Of a stretch of 64,000 nucleotides of DNA, positions 62,129 through 64,000 are shown piece after piece. Origin of the DNA: Silanimonas sp. (GTDB taxonomy: Bacteria > Pseudomonadota > Gammaproteobacteria > Xanthomonadales > Xanthomonadaceae); assembly GCF_018334015.1 (NCBI RefSeq), contig NZ_JAGXTI010000002.1; one strand, written 5' to 3'. The translations under genes and the position numbers were made by a program. The notes below the pieces were generated by a model. It did not search any database and was not told the DNA's origin. It saw nothing but the letters and a program-made list of their open reading frames with translations. How positions within the stretch are numbered: the first letter of the stretch is position 1; each line of letters starts with the position of its first letter.

Positions 62129-63151
62129 TCACTTGATCCCCTTCGCCACGGCCTCGGCGCTGTCCTCGCGCAGGGTCGCCAGCAGCCGCAGCATGTCGTC
62201 GGGCAGGGTCGAACTGAAACTCAGGGTCTCGCCGCTGGCCGGGTGCACGAAGGCCAGCGATTCGGCGTGCAGGGCCTGGCGCTTGAAACCGCGCAGGGCC
62301 TCGACCAGAGCCTCGGTGGCGCCGCGCGGCAGGCGCAGGTTGCCGCCGTAAAGCGGATCGCCCACCAGCGGATGCCGCACATGGGCCATGTGCACACGAA
62401 TCTGATGGGTGCGGCCGGTTTCCAGCTTGCACTCGACCAGGGTATGGCTGCGGAAGCGCTCGCGCACCCGGTAATGCGTGATCGCCTCGCGGCCGGATTC
62501 GGTGACGGCCTGGCGGATGCGGTCGGAGGGGTGCCGGCCGATCGGCGCATTCACCGAGCCACCGGCCACCATCGCGCCACCGACCACGGCCAGATACTGG
62601 CGGTGCACTTCGCGGCTGGAGAGCTGCTGCACCAGCGCGGCATGCGCGCGCAGGCTGCGCGCCACCACCATCAGCCCCGAGGTGTCCTTGTCGAGCCGGT
62701 GGACGATGCCGGCGCGCGGTAACTCGGCGAGCTTGGCGTCGAAATGCAGCAGCGCGTTCACCAGCGTGCCGCGCGGGTTGCCCGCGCCCGGATGCACCAC
62801 CAGCCCCGCCGGCTTGTGCAGGACGATCACCTCGTCGTCGGCATGGCGGAGGTCGAGGTCGATGGGCTCCGGCTCGGCGACGGTCTCGATGGTGGGCGTG
62901 ACCCAGACGGTGAGCGTCTCGCCGCCGCGCAGGGCCTGCTTGGGCTTGGCCTCGGCACCGTCGAGCAGGGCCTCGCCGGATTTGATCCAGGCGGTGAGCC
63001 GCGAGCGCGAGAACTCCGGGAACAGCTCGGCCAGCACCTGGTCGAAGCGGCGGCCGGCCTGCTCCAGGGGCACCACGGCTTCGAGCAGTTCGCGCTCCTC
63101 GTCCGGGGCGGTGTCGGTGGGGTAAGGGTGCGACGGGGCAGGCAGGGTCAT
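62129..63151 (-). CDS. rluD: 23S rRNA pseudouridine(1911/1915/1917) synthase RluD
   Basis: S4 domain ([25 protein letters not shown]), [12 protein letters not shown] and [13 protein letters not shown] at 63149-63151 inside a longer ORF. Confidence 0.92.
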   Translation of the reverse strand: MTLPAPSHPYPTDTAPDEERELLEAVVPLEQAGRRFDQVLAELFPEFSRSRLTAWIKSGEALLDGAEAKPKQALRGGETLTVWVTPTIETVAEPEPIDLDLRHADDEVIVLHKPAGLVVHPGAGNPRGTLVNALLHFDAKLAELPRAGIVHRLDKDTSGLMVVARSLRAHAALVQQLSSREVHRQYLAVVGGAMVAGGSVNAPIGRHPSDRIRQAVTESGREAITHYRVRERFRSHTLVECKLETGRTHQIRVHMAHVRHPLVGDPLYGGNLRLPRGATEALVEALRGFKRQALHAESLAFVHPASGETLSFSSTLPDDMLRLLATLREDSAEAVAKGIK

Positions 63152-63224
63152 GGGCGCGGCGCGGGGCCGGGATTCAGGCGATTCGGCTATTATCGGGCCT
63201 TCCGCTCCTGCCGGTGCCGCGCCC

Positions 63225-64000
63225 GTGTCGCTCAAGCCCCACCTTCTTGCCCGATTCACCCTGCTGGCCGCCCTGCTGCTGGTGCTGCCCGGTTGCCAGA
63301 CCCTGGGCGGCTGGTTCAGCAATCAGGAGCCGGCCACCGAAACCCTGCCGGTCGAGGCCCTCTACGCCGAAGCCCGCCAGTCACGCGATGCCGGCAATTA
63401 CAGCCGCGCCGAGACCTACCTCACCCGACTGGTCGCCCGCTTCCCGTTCGGCCCCTACACCGAACAGGCCCTGCTCGACCTCGCCTTCGTGCAGTACCGG
63501 CAGAACAAGCACGAGGAGTCGGAGGCCACACTCAACCGCTTCATCCGCACCTACCCCACCCACGCCGCGATCGACTACGCCTTCTACCTGCGTGCTTTGA
63601 ACGGCTTCGACCGCGACAATTTCTTCCTGCAGCGCATCGCCCGCGCCGACATGTCGGCCCGCGACCTCACCCGCGTGCAGGCCAGCTTCGAGGCCTTCGC
63701 CGAATTGCTGCGGCGCTTCCCGGAGAGCCGCTACGCCGCCGATGCCCGCCAGCGCATGGTCTACCTGCGCAATTTCATGGCCCGCCACGAGCTCACCACC
63801 GGCCTGTACTACTACCGTCGTGGGGCCTACGTCTCGGCGCTCAACCGCGCCCGTTTCCTGCTGGAAACCTACCCGCAAAGCATCTACGAGGCCGATGGCG
63901 TGGCTCTGCTGGCCGCCAGCCACGCCGCCCTCGGCCAGGAGACGCTGGCCGCCGATGCCCGCCGGGTGCTGGCACTGAACGCCCCCGAGCACCCCTACCT
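63225..64000 (+). CDS. bamD: Outer membrane protein assembly factor BamD (truncated by window edge)
   Basis: The frame from the GTG at 63225 gives [25 protein letters not shown] (lipobox) followed by TPR-like [23 protein letters not shown]...[13 protein letters not shown]. It stays open to the window end, so it is missing from the ORF track. Divergent from rluD, as in E. coli. Confidence 0.85.
   Translation, partial: MSLKPHLLARFTLLAALLLVLPGCQTLGGWFSNQEPATETLPVEALYAEARQSRDAGNYSRAETYLTRLVARFPFGPYTEQALLDLAFVQYRQNKHEESEATLNRFIRTYPTHAAIDYAFYLRALNGFDRDNFFLQRIARADMSARDLTRVQASFEAFAELLRRFPESRYAADARQRMVYLRNFMARHELTTGLYYYRRGAYVSALNRARFLLETYPQSIYEADGVALLAASHAALGQETLAADARRVLALNAPEHPY

Overview
High-GC (about 65-70% by eye) gammaproteobacterial chromosome segment, with Xanthomonadales/Pseudomonas-like gene order. 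Most of it is conserved housekeeping, tightly packed, and many neighbouring genes share 4-nt ATGA/GTGA stop-start overlaps. Left to right: ychF-pth-rplY-prs-tRNA(Gln)-ispE-lolB-TPR (minus strand); hemA-prfA-ppk2 (plus strand); a MacAB-like ABC efflux set; an EamA transporter; prc; lipA-lipB-ybeD-dacC-rlpA-mltB; rodA-mrdA-mreDCB; rRNA-modification genes; aceE; a GT2 glycosyltransferase; maeB; a QEGLA/DUF1704 protein; rsgA; alaA; an SGNH hydrolase; a glutaredoxin fusion; two secreted amidohydrolases; an mscS-HAD-ggpS osmoprotection cluster; clpB; pgeF-rluD; and divergent bamD. The clearest accessory element is a 5.3-kb island (31269-36627) placed exactly at the 3' end of aceE and bracketed by a perfect 38-bp direct repeat. 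It carries a Type III restriction-modification system (mod, res). A HEPN toxin gene sits between mod and res, and the cognate MNT nucleotidyltransferase domain is fused in-frame to the N-terminus of Res. The island has no integrase. mod starts 1 nt after the aceE stop codon, and the central (target-recognition) part of mod is a sharply lower-GC block. A second accessory insertion is a 501-aa Fic protein between pgeF and clpB. Three long intergenic regions carry hairpin-rich repeat elements: a 57-bp tandem pair, an approximately 84-nt dispersed unit, and a 371-bp segment bounded by 26-bp inverted repeats. No CRISPR array, rRNA gene, transposase or prophage was seen. All functional calls rest on motif and sequence recognition by eye, with no database searches.
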